A DNA stretch of 64,000 nt from the human T2T-CHM13v2.0 reference genome, Homo sapiens. This document shows positions 13,304 through 28,649 of the stretch, piece after piece; positions within the stretch are counted from its first letter, which is position 1; every line of letters begins with the position of its first letter. The translations under genes were made by a program, and so were the position numbers. Location of the stretch: NCBI RefSeq assembly GCF_009914755.1, contig NC_060928.1, one strand, 5' to 3'. The notes beneath the pieces were generated by a model, which was not told where the DNA came from, did no database searches, and saw nothing but the letters and a program-made list of their open reading frames with translations.

Positions 13304-14355
13304 GTAGGTGGATGACTCAGTAGTTGATAAAATAACCCAAGTATTATAAAGAAATGTACAGAAATTGGTCTTCCTTTAAAATTTTTAATTACCACAATAT
13401 TTTTTTTTCCATATTATAAATACAAAACAAACCCAATTTTTGTTTGAGTTACAGAAAGCACTGTAGGATTTGCATCTACACTTTATCCCACTTCATGATG
13501 GGTGAAAGGTGGTAGCTGGAAAAAAATGCATGTCTGTAAGGGAGTATATATTTATGGATTATCCTGAAGATTGAAAAATAATCATTATCCTTTAAAAACT
13601 ATGTGAAAACACTAGGGTCAAATGACATTTAAATGTTAAGTAAAATTGTTGAACAAGACAAAAAGAAAAGAAAAAGCGGCTTTTAACTTATAGCAATTAT
13701 TTCCACCTCATGGAAGTCTGAGTAGGTTGAATTCTTTGGGGGAAAAAATGTTTTTCTTTATAAACTCTCAGTGCAGCACTTTCCTAAATCAGAAATATTT
13801 TGTTCCAGAAATACTGTTAATATGTTTTAAATGCACTCTTTAAATGTGGATTTTGCTGATTTTCTATTTGAAATAAGGCACAGCTCATGCAAGTATTAAT
13901 TGATTTATAGCTCGCTCAGTTGACTATGATTTCATGGAGCGCAAATGTACTTACAGTAAGTGTTACGACCTCCCTAGGGAGAGTCCACAATGTTGAGAAA
14001 AGGAGCATTGAGCAAAATAGCTTCTGGAGAAATATTAACCAATTTCTGACTAGCTTTTAATATACCTGGGGGGAGCTTTTGTTTTGCAGATTGTCTTACT
14101 GTTTTTGCTATCATGGAGGACTTTAGCTGGCCATGGAATGTGTTTGCATTACAGCAAACAAACAAATAAATAAAAATAAAAAATAAAAAGTTAAATAAAT
14201 GGAACTGTAAAATATTGAGATACGAGCACAGAATAGGAAGAAAAAGAGGCAGGCAGACAAGCAAATGCCATTTATATCAGTCCCCTCCTCCCCCATGTGC
14301 TGTACTACCACGTTCCTTCACTGACTTTTCCCCTTCCCTTTTCACCATCCCTCAG

Positions 14356-14445
14356 CTTGCTGGGCTGGAAAGATAAGGACCCATTTCCTTAGGGGAATCA
14401 GTTCTTGTAACAGTTAATCGACCGCTAAGTGCTGAAGCATCCAAG
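14356..14445 (+). other. Candidate non-coding spliced exon (90 nt)
   Basis: Branch-like CTGAC (14321-25), polypyrimidine tract, CAG acceptor (14353-55), AAG|GTAAGG donor at 14445/46; stops in all three frames. Confidence 0.4.
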
Positions 14446-15741
14446 GTAAGGCGGCTGTACATCTGGAAAGAACAATTTGCCTCTCAAGAGCCATGGATTC
14501 CCAGAGATATTTGGAAGTTTATTGATTCCAAGAGAATTGAAATCATGGACATACGTGCTGTTTTCTCAGAGGAGTTTATCAGAGCACACTGTGACCTTTC
14601 TGGGCTCTGTGTCTCTGCTTTGGGTTACAAGAGAAAGTCACTGCTATAGCTTCAACATTGCGCTGGGATAACAAATATCACACAGGAGTTTTTAAAAAGC
14701 AGAATTATTGAAGGCTCAATACTTTGAATTCAGGGTAGCCAAAGTCCTAGCTTGGGGTGTACTTTGGGGTAAATTTGTTTGGCACTTTGTATTGCTTTAT
14801 ATTGTTATTTTGGGTGTTTGTTTGTAACCATTAGTTCATTTTATTTTAATGATTCTGGGCCAAAATTTCTAGAACCTTTTGCTAGTTATTGAGGGGTGGG
14901 GGCAACCTTCTCCTTAATTTGGAGAAACAGTTTATTCTCGGGCTCCAGATCGTTGTTTTGGAAATTCTGTTGTGGCCAGAAGTAGAAAAGTATGATTGTC
15001 ACTGTGAGAGCTGCTAAGGAATTTGATAAGTATTAAGAGAAAGTCATATACATTGTTTTTTGTTGTCTTATGGTTCCGGGGTATTTTTCTCTTTTCTTAT
15101 ACATTAGACCATTATGATTTTACTCTCAGTTGATATATAAACTCACAAATCTGGGAAAAAATATTTGATTTAATTTTCTATCTGTGGTGGGGAGAGAGGT
15201 GGAGTCCGGAATATATAGGGTGAATCCAGCAAGAGAGAAATATATCAAATATTAATATGTGACATAAGACCATGTGGCTAATGTTATATGTCATTTAAAC
15301 ATGCTAGGAAAAAAATAAGAGTTGGAACTGGTTTCAGTCCCATTTTGTTTTGTAGCTCACTTGCAATATGTGGTATCTGGCCAGCTGTCTAAGCCTTTTG
15401 TATTTTTATTCATGACACCCTATTCATTACATCCTATATTTTAAAATAAAGCTAGTTTAATGAAGTTTTCAAAGAAAAATTTAAAAATATTTTCTAATGG
15501 CAAAGGAAATTTTCTGTGTAGGTTTTGTTATTTTTGTTTTTCATCCAATCTAATTTAGAGAATCAATTTTTAGCTACTGGTTTGGAGAACATTTAGTTAA
15601 GATTCATTTTCTCTTCTGTTTTGTGTAGACCAATCTGTGACTTTCATAATTTTATTTTTCCTTTTACACTGGGTTTTTAATTTTAAATCCCCATTTCATA
15701 CATATATGATCTCTCTATTGTGCTTCCAGTAAAATATGGAG

Positions 15742-15768
<27 letters not shown>
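15742..15768. repeat. (CA)n microsatellite
   Basis: About 13 CA units. Confidence 0.97.
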
Positions 15769-15772
<4 letters not shown>

Positions 15773-16471
15773 TCAACTGTCCAACTCTTTCTATAACTCT
15801 TTTCTCTTTGTTGCTAATGCATTGTTTATGACAGGAAGATAGATTGTTAATGCTTAATTTTGAATATTGTTTCATTTTTGAAGCAATATTCAAAAAGCGT
15901 GACCTTACCAGAAAAATCTATTTCCAACACAGTTTCTATGCCATTCAGTGTAAGTATTCAGCAATTAGAAGGCGTGGTTTTTCACTTAGTCTCTTGGAAG
16001 CTAGGGAGATAATTGTTTTTCTACATGCTGATGAACAAATAAATAAATGTCTTTTGAGGTCATCAAAAATCAGTTTTCTCTTTTGGTTTTTAACTTCTTC
16101 CTACATTAATTCTGTTCTCCATCTTCATTTAAATGATTGTAAAATAACCTGTTATATAGTATAAATCATCTTTTACTTAAGGCATTATTCTCTGTGTTAG
16201 ATATTTAAGAAATTTTAAGGTTTTATCCTTAGATAAATAATATGATAATAGAAAAATTTATAGAATAATATTTGCCAATATTCATGATTCATTATTTTGA
16301 TAATTTCTAATATGTGAAAGCTTTTTCATTCAAAAGAGAAGACATTTTCTAAATATAATTCTTTGTTTTTTAATTATATAATTAATATCTTCCTTTTAAA
16401 TGACACCACTTTAGTTTCATTGAAACTGTCTTGAATTTGTTATATAAAACTTATTTAAGATCTGTGACAAC

Positions 16472-17331
16472 TTTTTAAGTTTTAATTACTGAAGAAGTTT
16501 AAGGTTCACAGTAAAATTGAGCAGAAAATACGGAAAGTTTCCAAATGCTCCCTGCCCTCCCACACACTTAGCCACCTTGTCTACCAACATCCAGCCCCAA
16601 AGGGGTACATTTGTTATCATCAATGAGCTTATATTGACATGTCATTGACACCTGAAGAGCATACTTTACATTAAGTTTTCCTCTTGGCATTTTACATTTT
16701 ATGGGTTTTGGCAAATGTATCCACTACTGTAGTATCATATGGAATAACTTTGCTGTCTTAAAAATCCCCTTTGCGCTACCTATTTATCCTTCTTCCCAAA
16801 CCCTGCCAAACACTGATCATTTTTCTCTCTCCATAGATTTGGCTTTTCTAGGATGTAACATAGTTGAAATAATATAGAATGTAGCCTTTCAGAGTTGCTT
16901 CTATCACTTCATCATATGCATTTAGGTCTTCTCCATGTATTTTTATAGGTTAGTAGTTCATTTCTTTTAAGAATTGAATACTATTTCATTGTCTAGATAT
17001 GCCACAGTTTGTTATCCATTCAGTTATTGAAGAATATCTTGGTTGTTTCCAGGTTATGGCAATTATGAATAAAACTTCTATAAACATCTGTGTGCAGGTT
17101 TGGTGTAGATATAATTTTTCAACTTACTTGGGTAAACCCTAGGGCCGTAATTGCTGGATCTTATGAGGGTATATTTACTTTAGTAAGAAACTGCCAAACT
17201 GTCTTCAAAAGTGGCTGTACGAGTTTGCATCACCATCAGCAATGTATGAGAGTTCTTGTTAATTACATCCTCACCAGTATTTGATGTTGTCATTGTTTTG
17301 AATTTTTGCCATTTAATAGGTATGCAGTGGT
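16472..17331 (-). mobile_element. L1MC-type 3' end
   Basis: GTTTAAGGTTCACAGTAAAATTGAGCAGAAA...GGTACATTTGTTA...AAACTGCCAAACTGTCTTCAAAAGTGGCTGTAC...CAGCAATGTATGAGAGTTC. Confidence 0.88.
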
Positions 17332-17810
17332 CAATTTCCTTTTAAGGTAACTTTTCACACCTGATTGCATTTTACTCCTGAAGTCTGTAATACATCTCTA
17401 TTATGGAAATACTTCCATTATTAATAGTGTCAAACTTATGTTGGTAATTATATTCTCCCTTCCATTTTCCTCATTTTTATAGCCCCAGAATATATCTAAC
17501 TCATCTTTTTATCTCTTGAAGTCTTAATAGCATGTCCTGCATATATATAGTAGTTTTCAATGTGGAAAGAAAGCAGTTCTCCAAAATCCTCATAGTTCCT
17601 GAAATAGTTTAAGAAGCTCTAAAGAAGCACTAAAATACCAACATGAATATGTACCCAAAATAAACTTTGAATCTTATTTTTTATTGTTTTTAAACCATTA
17701 GCTAGCTCATATTATGTGGCTGAAACTCTATATTACTTTCACAAACATTTTCAAAAATATATTTTTGCATTTAGTCTTCTTTGAAATGCACTCATCAGCC
17801 TTATTCTCAC

Positions 17811-18196
17811 TACCATTGCCTGAATGTGTTCCCCCAAAATTCATATGTTGAAACTTAACCATCAATATGATAGTACCAAGAAGCAGGCCTTTAGGAGGTA
17901 ACTAGGTCATGAAGGTCTCAACCTTATGAATGGGATTAATGCCTTTAGAAAAGAGGCTTTACTAAGTGTTTGTTTCACTTGCCCTTCTGCTTTCTGCCAT
18001 TTGAGAATGCAGCAACAAGACTCCATTTCAAGGCACCCTCCTGGAAGCAGAGACTGAGCTTCACCAGACAATGAATCTGCCAGAGCCTTGATCTTGGACT
18101 TCCCAGCCTTCAGAACTGTGATAAATAAATTTCTGTTACTTTAAAAGTTACCCATTTTGTGGGATTGTGCTATAATAGCAGGAATGATCTAAGACA
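17811..18196 (+). mobile_element. MaLR solo LTR (MSTD/MLT1A-like) inserted in a MIR
   Basis: CCCCAAAATTCATATGTTGAAAC...CCTTGATCTTGGACTTCCCAGCC...AATAAATTTCTG...CTAAGACA; 5-bp TSD CTCAC/ATCAC. Confidence 0.85.
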
Positions 18197-19017
18197 ATCA
18201 CCATTTTTAAATCAAGGACATGAAGTACCTAACATTTAAGTGTGTCTTAACATCAAATAATAATTCAAACCCAGTACATTTGAGTCTAAGATGATTTTTT
18301 TTTTTCCCAGTAGGCTATGGCTAGATTTTTTTTCAAATATTTTATTCTAAAAAGCAAAACAACCATATCACAGCAACAATTGTTTGTTTATTTAAATTAT
18401 TAATATTATTACTGTTTAAATGGTAGAGGAAGAAAAATAATTTGTGTAACAACAGGACAGAGATAACAAAGATGGAGAACTTAATATAGTTTTGACAGTT
18501 CAGTTTTTACATAATTTAGTTTTTTTTGTGATACATTCTAAGATTGTTACCAGGTCGAAGACTAAAAGCTATACTGAGAATTGGTATCAAAGATCTGCTA
18601 CTATTGGGGAGTTTGTTGTGGACTGCTAACTTGAAAGTTTAAAGGTTCTAGGCCAAATTCTCACTTAGAGTAAAAAATATGTATTAGTTTTCTTCTCTTT
18701 TTGTTAGTTGGTTAATTGAATCAAACCTTCAGTTGAATACCTTAACATAGGATGAGGTATGCCAAATGTTGAAATAATAATTATTTTAGTTTATATTTCA
18801 TATTTTATACACTTTTATGTATAAATCCAATGAGTAGTTGCTTACACTATGCATTTCTAGAAATTGTAATGATATTTTGGCAAAATGTAACTACTCAAGT
18901 TATTTGCATGTTCTATAGGACTATTATTAATGAATTTGTAAATGAATTTGCCTCAATGAAGTAAATATAACTGTGATTTAAGTAATGCATTTTAATTTCT
19001 GAGCAAGCATGAAAGAG

Positions 19018-19222
19018 CCATTTTTTTTTCAAACTATAGCTCATGATGTCCATTAAGTTAATCTTGACCTGGATTCTGGTGAATATAATAGACAATGAAA
19101 TAGAATGCAATGGAACAGAATAGAATACAATTGAATTGAATAGAAATATACCAGAGGGTATCACAAATAATGAAGGCTAGTACTATCTTATAAAACATTC
19201 ATATAAGTTGTGTATCCATATC
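19018..19222. mobile_element. hAT-Charlie-type MITE fragment with (GAATA)n-like interior
   Basis: TTTTTCAAACT...AATAGAATAGAAATATACCAGAG...TCACA; resembles the element at 31348-31570. Confidence 0.4.
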
Positions 19223-19224
19223 TT

Positions 19225-20080
19225 AATAGCAGGTTGAGTTCTTCAGGAAGTGGAATCTTGGCCAAAGATTAGTAAACAGGAGGTTTATAAGTGAATGCCC
19301 TTGTTGGGGAGGGGACATCTGGCAAGAGAAGAGAAAGGAGGCAAAGGAAAGAGTCAGTGCAGCTTTAGGCCAACAGAGGCATCAAGATGCAATGCAGTTT
19401 CAGTGGAAACCCGGATCTATCTTGCAGGTTGTATTAGTCTGTTTTTGTACTGCTGTACAGAAATACATAAGACTGGGTAATATATAAAGGAAAGAGGTTT
19501 CATTAACTCACAGTTCCGCATGGCTGGGGAGGCATCAGGAAACATACAACTGTGGTGGAAGGCAAAGGGGAAGCAACGCACCTTCTTCACAAGACAGCAG
19601 GAAGGAGAAGTGCCCAGGGAAGGGGGAAGAGCTCCATATAAGACCATAATCCCTTGTGAGAACTCACTCACTATCATGAGAAGAGCATGGGTGAAACCAT
19701 CCCCATGATTCAGTTACCTCCACCTTGTCTCTCTCTTGACCCATGGAGATTATGGGGATTACGAGGATTACAACTCAAGAGGAGATTTGGGTGGGGACAC
19801 AAAGCCTTACCATATCACAGGGTGCTGAAGACGTGATGACCATTTAAGAACCGTACTGACTAAGGGAAAGGATTTAGGTCTTTATAGTCCTTTCTTTCCA
19901 TGTCATTCTGTCATTGGATGCAGGCTACCTAGGGAATCTTGGGTGAGGTGGCTCTTTTCAACTGAAACAGTTTCTAAAACGGACAACTGTTATTCAAGGA
20001 TCATCTTCCAAAAGCACACCCAGTAGGTCCTTCATTTCTGAAGGGAAATCTTAGTGGTAAATAACAGTACCCATCAAATC
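19225..20080. mobile_element. Old ERVL LTR (LTR16-like) interrupted by a THE1/MST LTR
   Basis: CAGGTTGAGTTCTTCAGGAAG...GATTAGTAAACAGGAGGTTTAT... and TCTGTCATTGGATGCAGGCT...TTGGGTGAGGTGGCTCT. Confidence 0.5.
19430..19817 (-). mobile_element. THE1D/MSTA-type solo LTR
   Basis: TGTATTAGTCTGTTTT...GACTGGGTAA...GGCTGGGGAGGC...GAGATTTGGGTGGGGACAC...ACCATATCA; TSD CAGGT/CAGGG. Confidence 0.92.
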
Positions 20081-20120
20081 TTGTGACAATTCTAAAGTCC
20101 TCACTTTTCAGATTAACATA

Positions 20121-20547
20121 TGTAGTGGGTTGAAGAGTGTCCACTCAAAATTTATGTCTACCTACAACCTCATTATGTGATCTTATTTAGAAATACAATC
20201 TTTGCAGATTTAATAATGGTAAGGGTTGAGATGACATCATAATAGTTTAGCCTGGGTCCTAAATCCAATGAGAATGATTTTATAAGAGACAGTAAAGGAC
20301 ACACAGAGACACAAGGAAGAAGACCATGTGATGACAAAAGTAGAGATTGCAAACCAAGGAATGCCTTCAGCCACCAGAAGCTGCAAATGACAAGGATTTC
20401 CTGCAAGAGCCTTCAGTGGGAGCATTAAATCTCGGAGTCCAAAAATCTTGATTCTGGACTTCGTGGCTGCAGATCTTTAAGAAAATAAATGTTGTAAGCC
20501 ACCAACCTTATCATAATTTATTATGGCAGCCTGTGGAATCTAATGCA
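20121..20547 (+). mobile_element. MLT1B/C-type solo LTR
   Basis: TGTAGTGGGTTGAA...CCTAAATCCAATGA...GCCACCAGAAGCT...TTATGGCAGCC...CTAATGCA; TSD ACATA/ACATG. Confidence 0.88.
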
Positions 20548-22509
20548 ACATGTTTATACCATTTTTACATTTCCCAGTCTTACATGCAGGGCACCAATTA
20601 TCCATAACTCTAAGGACAAAGATTTGTGGAAATCATTGAATCTGATTTTGAAAAGTAAATGAGTTTGTTTCTCACCATTAAACAAAACTTATCAGATGGA
20701 ATATATAATATTATATAATTTACATACTCTAATTATTTCAAAAGCAGTTTTTAGCAAGAAAACGTGATCAAGCTGTCAGCTGTAAACCAATATGTTGGGT
20801 CTCGTTCATGAGGCAAATGAATTATGCTTTGCACAGAGGAGAGAAGCACTAAGCATGAATCCTTCGCATAGACAAAACTTCGTTGCCCAGACCATAAAAC
20901 AGTCAAAAACAAAAACAATGGATTAATCAATAAATTCTAGACTGTCTTGCATATAATGCTATTAACAAATATTTTTTAAGGATAAAAAAGCAGGGAGAGA
21001 GGAAGTAAGGAAAGAAGAAATGGAGTAAGAAAAAAACAAGAAAGAATAAAAGGAAAAAAGGATATATTTTATAATCCATAATATAGCCTCCATTAAAGAA
21101 AAATTGTTGCTGAGAGCTGAGCGTAAAAATTATACTGTAATAAAGCTTAAGGCAAAATCCTGCAAGCCAATCTAGACCCTTTACTAATGCTTTAGCTTTT
21201 TAATTCTTTTCATCCCACTATTGGGCCACAGGAGATTGGGGGGAATGCAAACAATCTTTTTTTGTTGTTCCTTCCCCTATGCCCATGTAGGAAAGAATTT
21301 CTAAAAATAATCATAGTAATAAAATTATAATTCAGGTTTAAGTTATATTAATGAATAATAATAATGATGAAATATTTGTATAGTGATTCATAATATCCTT
21401 AGTACCCTCTCAGGCATAAACATATGAAATGACCTATGTAAAGAATTGGCACAATCTGTGTGCTCAGGTGGTTCCTGTTCAGTCTCCAGAAATCATTGCT
21501 TCTCCCATGGCAATTCATTTCCTTTTCTGGGAAGACACTTGGGTGGGTGTGATTCTTTGCCTTCACACTGCATTTCACTGCACTAACTCACATGGGTCAA
21601 CCATGTCTGAAGTCACATGGGGAAAGCTCTGTGAGCTAACAGGGATTTTTGCTTGCATGTAGAAAACTTGCTTCCCTGGGACAAAACCACAGATGCTCAA
21701 ATGCTCAGAAATCCAACTTTTCCCAGGAGGGTTGGCTCATACCTCCCAAAGACAACCTCCGGGCCGAGGGCCTCTTTTAATGTCTGCTTTTGCTCACACT
21801 GCAGCTTTAAGCTCTAATTTTTCCCTGTCTACTGTAAATGCCATTTGACTGACCACCTCCAAGTAAGCAGTACTCCTATGGTCATTGCATGATTCTAAAT
21901 TTTATTTACAAATAAAAGTAATAGTGAAAATCAAATGATTTTTGCAATTATCTAAATGGACAATTGTCTCATAGTAGAAAACCAGAAAATTCACGCAGCC
22001 AGATCCCTGCCCACTAAGTCATATAATCTTTTTTTTCTTTTTCAAATTGGAAACTTTATCCCAATCCTTGTTTTAGCTGTATGCTGACGTAGATGAGGAG
22101 TGCTTGGTACAAGTAACTTTGCTCACTATTGTAGGAGGAAAGACATACATCTTTATGTAGGATACAGACGTTGATGAGATTGATGTGTTTTTGCATAAAA
22201 AATGCAGAAATGGTCAAACTCTTGCAGTCAGGAGCTACAGGAAAACTGTTGAGTTTTATTAGTTAAACCAAAACTGTTATTGGAACAGCAAAAATCCAAA
22301 ATAGTGATTTCCAGCTTACCCCTACCAAATGGGTCAGCTATCTAGAACATTCCTATGACGTTGTTTCTAAGCAATTAGAAGCCTGGAATATTTTGAGTGG
22401 TCTGAAACACTTTCCTCCACAAAACAGATGCCTGTTTTACCAGTTTTTCAACCCCATTGTGATGATATATTTCTTTGTTTTATAATGAAACTGTTGTGCT
22501 CCTTTTCAG

Positions 22510-22553
22510 ACAGCCCTGGTAATTCTACTGGAATATAATCTCCACGAAGATAG
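22510..22553 (+). other. Candidate short spliced exon (44 nt)
   Basis: GTGCTCCTTTTCAG acceptor and near-consensus TAG|GTAAGT donor. Confidence 0.3.
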
Positions 22554-22687
22554 GTAAGTGGTCTATTTTGTTTACAGCTGCATCCTCAGGGCTTAGAACA
22601 GTGCTTGATATACAATAGGATTTGAATACATGCATGTGGAAGAAATGACTTCCGTCAGGACTAAGGTACTTATACAAAAGTATTTAC

Positions 22688-23032
<345 letters not shown>

Positions 23033-23867
23033 CTAAAATACATACTTGGCTCACTCTTGAGAACAGACTATAACAACATCCACAGTGAAATCTGAAAAAG
23101 TTGATGCTGTAGTTCACGTTATTTCTTTTCATGATTCAAAAAAGAAGCACTTTCTTTATACTTGTTATTGGCTCAGCACTGTGTATGTTGCTATGATGGA
23201 TGCAAAAGAAGTCTTAAACCTGGTCCCTGAAAGGTGCAGCTTCTATTCTAATTGGGAAAGCAAAACTAAAATACAAAGTGATAGCATAAAATTTTCAGTA
23301 AGTGCTTAAGGTGAGGCATAGTGTAGTTATTGTCATATAATTAGTTCATAATTGTTCTATCTTTACCTTTAAACCTTTAACTGCAGGTCTTTCACCTACC
23401 TTTACTACACCAAAGAGAAAAAGCAAAAACAAAAACACAGCCCTCTTATTCTAAATAAATATTTTCTTGCCTATACCACTCTTCACTTACATAGCTCCTT
23501 CCTTCTGTCTTTTGATTGCTAAATCCCTGAGAACCTAGCATTTGCTCACTGCACTCGTGACCTCATCTCCAATTGTTTCCTCTTTTCCGCATTGGTTTGT
23601 GCTCAGTCATGACTTTCTAATGACAAATTTAAGGGACCTCTTCTCATTGACCACTGAGTCATTCAAATTATCCTTTCCCAAGTTTTCTGAGATCATGCTT
23701 TGTTTTAATTCTTCATCTTCTTCTCTGAGTTCTCCTTGTCACTCATCCCCTTTTGTGAGTTACTTTTCCTCTTGTATGTGTCCTCTAGAAACACCATCTT
23801 TCTGGCAGTCTTTGTGAGCTCTTCAGTAGAGGAAGACCTTCTCTTTCTTTCACTTGGAAATGCCCCC

Positions 23868-23916
<49 letters not shown>
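23868..23916. repeat. (CA)n microsatellite
   Basis: About 24 CA units with one interruption. Confidence 0.97.
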
Positions 23917-23920
<4 letters not shown>

Positions 23921-24559
23921 CTTGTTAATTTGATTTTCCCATCTGATAAACTATTTGTTTTTCCATTGTTTTCAACACTAACTAGGTAACTCAAAACATC
24001 TATGTAACTGAAAAAATAAAACTATTTTATTGAAGAATTTCCTGAACACAAAATTAAATGAAAAAATAAAAGGAGAGGAGGAAAAAATAAATAGTAAAAA
24101 AGAAAGAAAAGAATAGAAAGACACCTTTACAAGGATAATCATATAGTTTGTTTTCTGAATGTTCTGGATGGCTGTTTGTTTGCTTTATAAAATTAAAAGA
24201 ATAAGAAGCAGGCACTGATTACAATGTTCATAACTTTTTAGACATTTAATGTGTGCAAATTCTTTTCAAAGGCACTGTCAGTTATTAAGGGTTAAAATAA
24301 AACTCTTACTATCCACTATAAGAGGAAAATAAATATGTAGAAAAGAAAAAATTATATTATTAATTTGACATTCCTTCAAAAAAAGTTATTCTCTAAAATG
24401 TTCCAAGCACATCAATACTTGCCTCTGACTCTGAAAAGGCCTTATTCATTGTTCTCATAATTTGCATCTATTTTACTAGATTTATGAATCCTTAGTTAAG
24501 CTTTTGTTCACAGAAAAGTAATATTTGTTGAATCTTTTTATTTCTTGGCTTGAAAAAAC

Positions 24560-25689
<1,130 letters not shown>

Positions 25690-25690
<1 letters not shown>

Positions 25691-25810
25691 ACTGGTTGAT
25701 AGATGCAGCAAACCACCATGGCACATGTATACCTATGTAACAAACCCGCACATTCTGCACATCTGTCCAAGAACAAAAAGTAAAATAAATAAATAAATAA
25801 ATGAAAAATA
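25690..25810 (+). mobile_element. L1PA (older primate) 3' terminal fragment
   Basis: GCAGCAAACCACCATGGCACATGTATACCTATGTAACAAACCCGCACATTCTGCACAT plus (TAAA)n tail. Confidence 0.9.
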
Positions 25811-27059
25811 TCCTATGAATGAATGAATGAAAGGAATGAAAGGAAGGAAGGAAGGTGAGAAGCTGGGGAAGGGGACAGAAGGGAAGGAAGGGAAGAGGAA
25901 AGGCTAGAAGAAGAGAAGGAGGGAAAGAAGGAACAAAAAATAGCAGGCATAAGCCAAATAATAATCAGTTATCTTCTCTCGGCAAAGTCAATAAATATTA
26001 ATTTCAGTTCAGTTCAAGAATTTAGTGACTATCACAATAAATTAAGCATTACTAAGTGTTACAATATGTAGATAAATGATATATACACCTTCAGTTAAAG
26101 GAGCTTGTAATGGTTTTGGAATATAATCTTCTCTATACGATGCAGTAAAATATTAGAAAAGTCAGAATATTGTTTAATATATATACTCTAATAGGTTAGC
26201 ACTTTAATGTACCCTAGTTGCTTCTAGATGATATAGATAATGTGAAAGCTAGAATAGGAGTGCTGTGTGAAGTGTAGAACCGGCAGCAGGGAGACCAATT
26301 AGAAGGCTCATGCAATAATCATGTGAAAGATGTTTGCTTAAGCTAGGGTGGTAGTAATGGCAAAAGGGAGGCAGGGATGGATTTCCAAAGTACTTAGGAG
26401 GTAATATCAGAGGAACAAGGTGAATGATTAAGAATAGGAGTAAGGCATGGGTTTGAGAATAAGCATATTAAATCTGTTCATCATTGAGGCAGCCACTGTT
26501 TAATTCTTTTACAAAAGAGTGGATGAGATAAATATAATCCAGCGATCAGAGCAAGCACATCAATGGACATGATACGGAGGAATCTCAATTTGAATATTTT
26601 GAGTTTTTGCAGCCTCGGAAAATTAGCTGATACTATTAAAAGCATGCACTAGGAAGGAGTGGGTGGAAGATTGACACTTCAATCTTCAAAACACAAAAAG
26701 TATTCAGTTTTGTTTTATAAGTTAACTTATTTAACATACTCTAGGACAAATTAGTAATATTAGTAATAGGAGAATATGCCAATTTACCCCATGTTCTGTG
26801 GGACCAAAGACCTAGTGAAGTTGATGAAAAAAATACACTTAAAATTTTGCGTTTATTTAAGACAAGAAGGTTCTTGAAAGATTCAACTTATTAACTTATG
26901 ATTTAACAAATATCTGTTAATCACATATTGCATAATTAATCACTCCATGATGGTGGGGACATTATTGTGTTTGCCCCTCTGTTTCTAGTGTCTACCACAT
27001 GGCTTGACAGTAATAGGCTCTCAGTAATCTTTTTCCAGTTGAGAAACAATAAATGAATA

Positions 27060-27316
27060 GGAAAGTTATTAACAGGGTGGACTTTGGAATCAGGGAGAAA
27101 TGTTTTATATTCTCAATCTGCCATCTATAAGTAAAGAAAGCTATTTTATTTCCCAGGCTTCTGTTTTTTTTTTCCTTACACGTAAAATGGAAATAATAAT
27201 AGATCTACCTCACAGGGTTGTTGACATTTATAGTAATAATCAGTTATTATTTGAAACACTTAGCATAGTGCCTGGCATGCAGTGTGTGTCCAATAAATGT
27301 TAATAATTATTATTAT
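27060..27316 (+). mobile_element. MIR
   Basis: GGACTTTGGAATCAG...GTAAAATGGAAATAATAATAG...TACCTCACAGGGTTGTTG...ACTTAGCATAGTGCCTGGCA...CAATAAATGTTA. Confidence 0.85.
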
Positions 27317-28317
27317 GTTCAAGTTTGTGTGCCATGTAGATTTTAAGCCACAAATAAGTTTGAATTCTTAAGGCAGCCATCAAAGACTGTGACAATTGTG
27401 TTCTTAGCAAGCCAGAAAGCAAGTCCGTTTAACGGGATCTCAGGGAAGATAACTCTGCTTTGGAACTATTATTTTATTTTCTTGATTCACATTTCAACAT
27501 ATCTTCAAATCTTTTTCCCATAAATTTCCAATTTTATTCTTTCATCATTCTTTTATCTTTACTATTCTTAATTAGGGATACATAATATTCCTTATAACAA
27601 AATGCTTAAAATTGAAATCATTTGAAAGTGGAAATGCTGAACAATAAGTAGTTTTTTTAAGTATTTTTTTCTTTAGAGAATGTGGTTGAATTTATATTTG
27701 TGCAAGAAATATATTCAATAGCATCTACGAACTTCTGACTAAGTGTTTTAGAAGAGCAAATACAAGTTTCACTATACTCCTTAGAAATTGATGAGATCCT
27801 CTGGAGCTAATGTAGCTTTAATATTCTTCAGGAGTGTCTCATAACACAATAAGCATAGAACACATTCTAAAAGTAAAAGAAGTAGCAAAAACTGCCTGAA
27901 CAGGTAACACTTTCCTTTTTAAAAAGTCATGTGACTTATTAACAAGGCAGTTCTTATTTTCAACTTCTGGAGGAGAACATAAGAGAAACTGTAGTGTTAG
28001 ACTCACTGACCACATGTAAAATCAAACATGAGGTCTAGACTAAGAAACAGAAGGCACTAAAGAAGTCTGGTAAAGAAAACCAACCTAGCAACCAAAAATG
28101 GATTCATGAAGGTGAGTCTTCTTGTTTTTTATTCATCTGATATGAAAATTAGTTATTTGGTCAGTCAGTTATGTAATCTTTACTAATTAAATGCCAAATG
28201 TACAGCTTTTTGAAAACTGCTACAGATTGTGGACAAGGGTTATGAGGCTTTCCATCCAATTAACAAATTAATGCAGTCATCTACCTAACTTGACTCTTCA
28301 GTGAAATGAGTAATACA

Positions 28318-28649
<332 letters not shown>

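Noticed and set aside
19090-19150. GAATA/GAATG pentamers resembling HSATII/III satellite
   Set aside because: Only ~60 bp and degenerate, and apparently the low-complexity interior of a hAT MITE.
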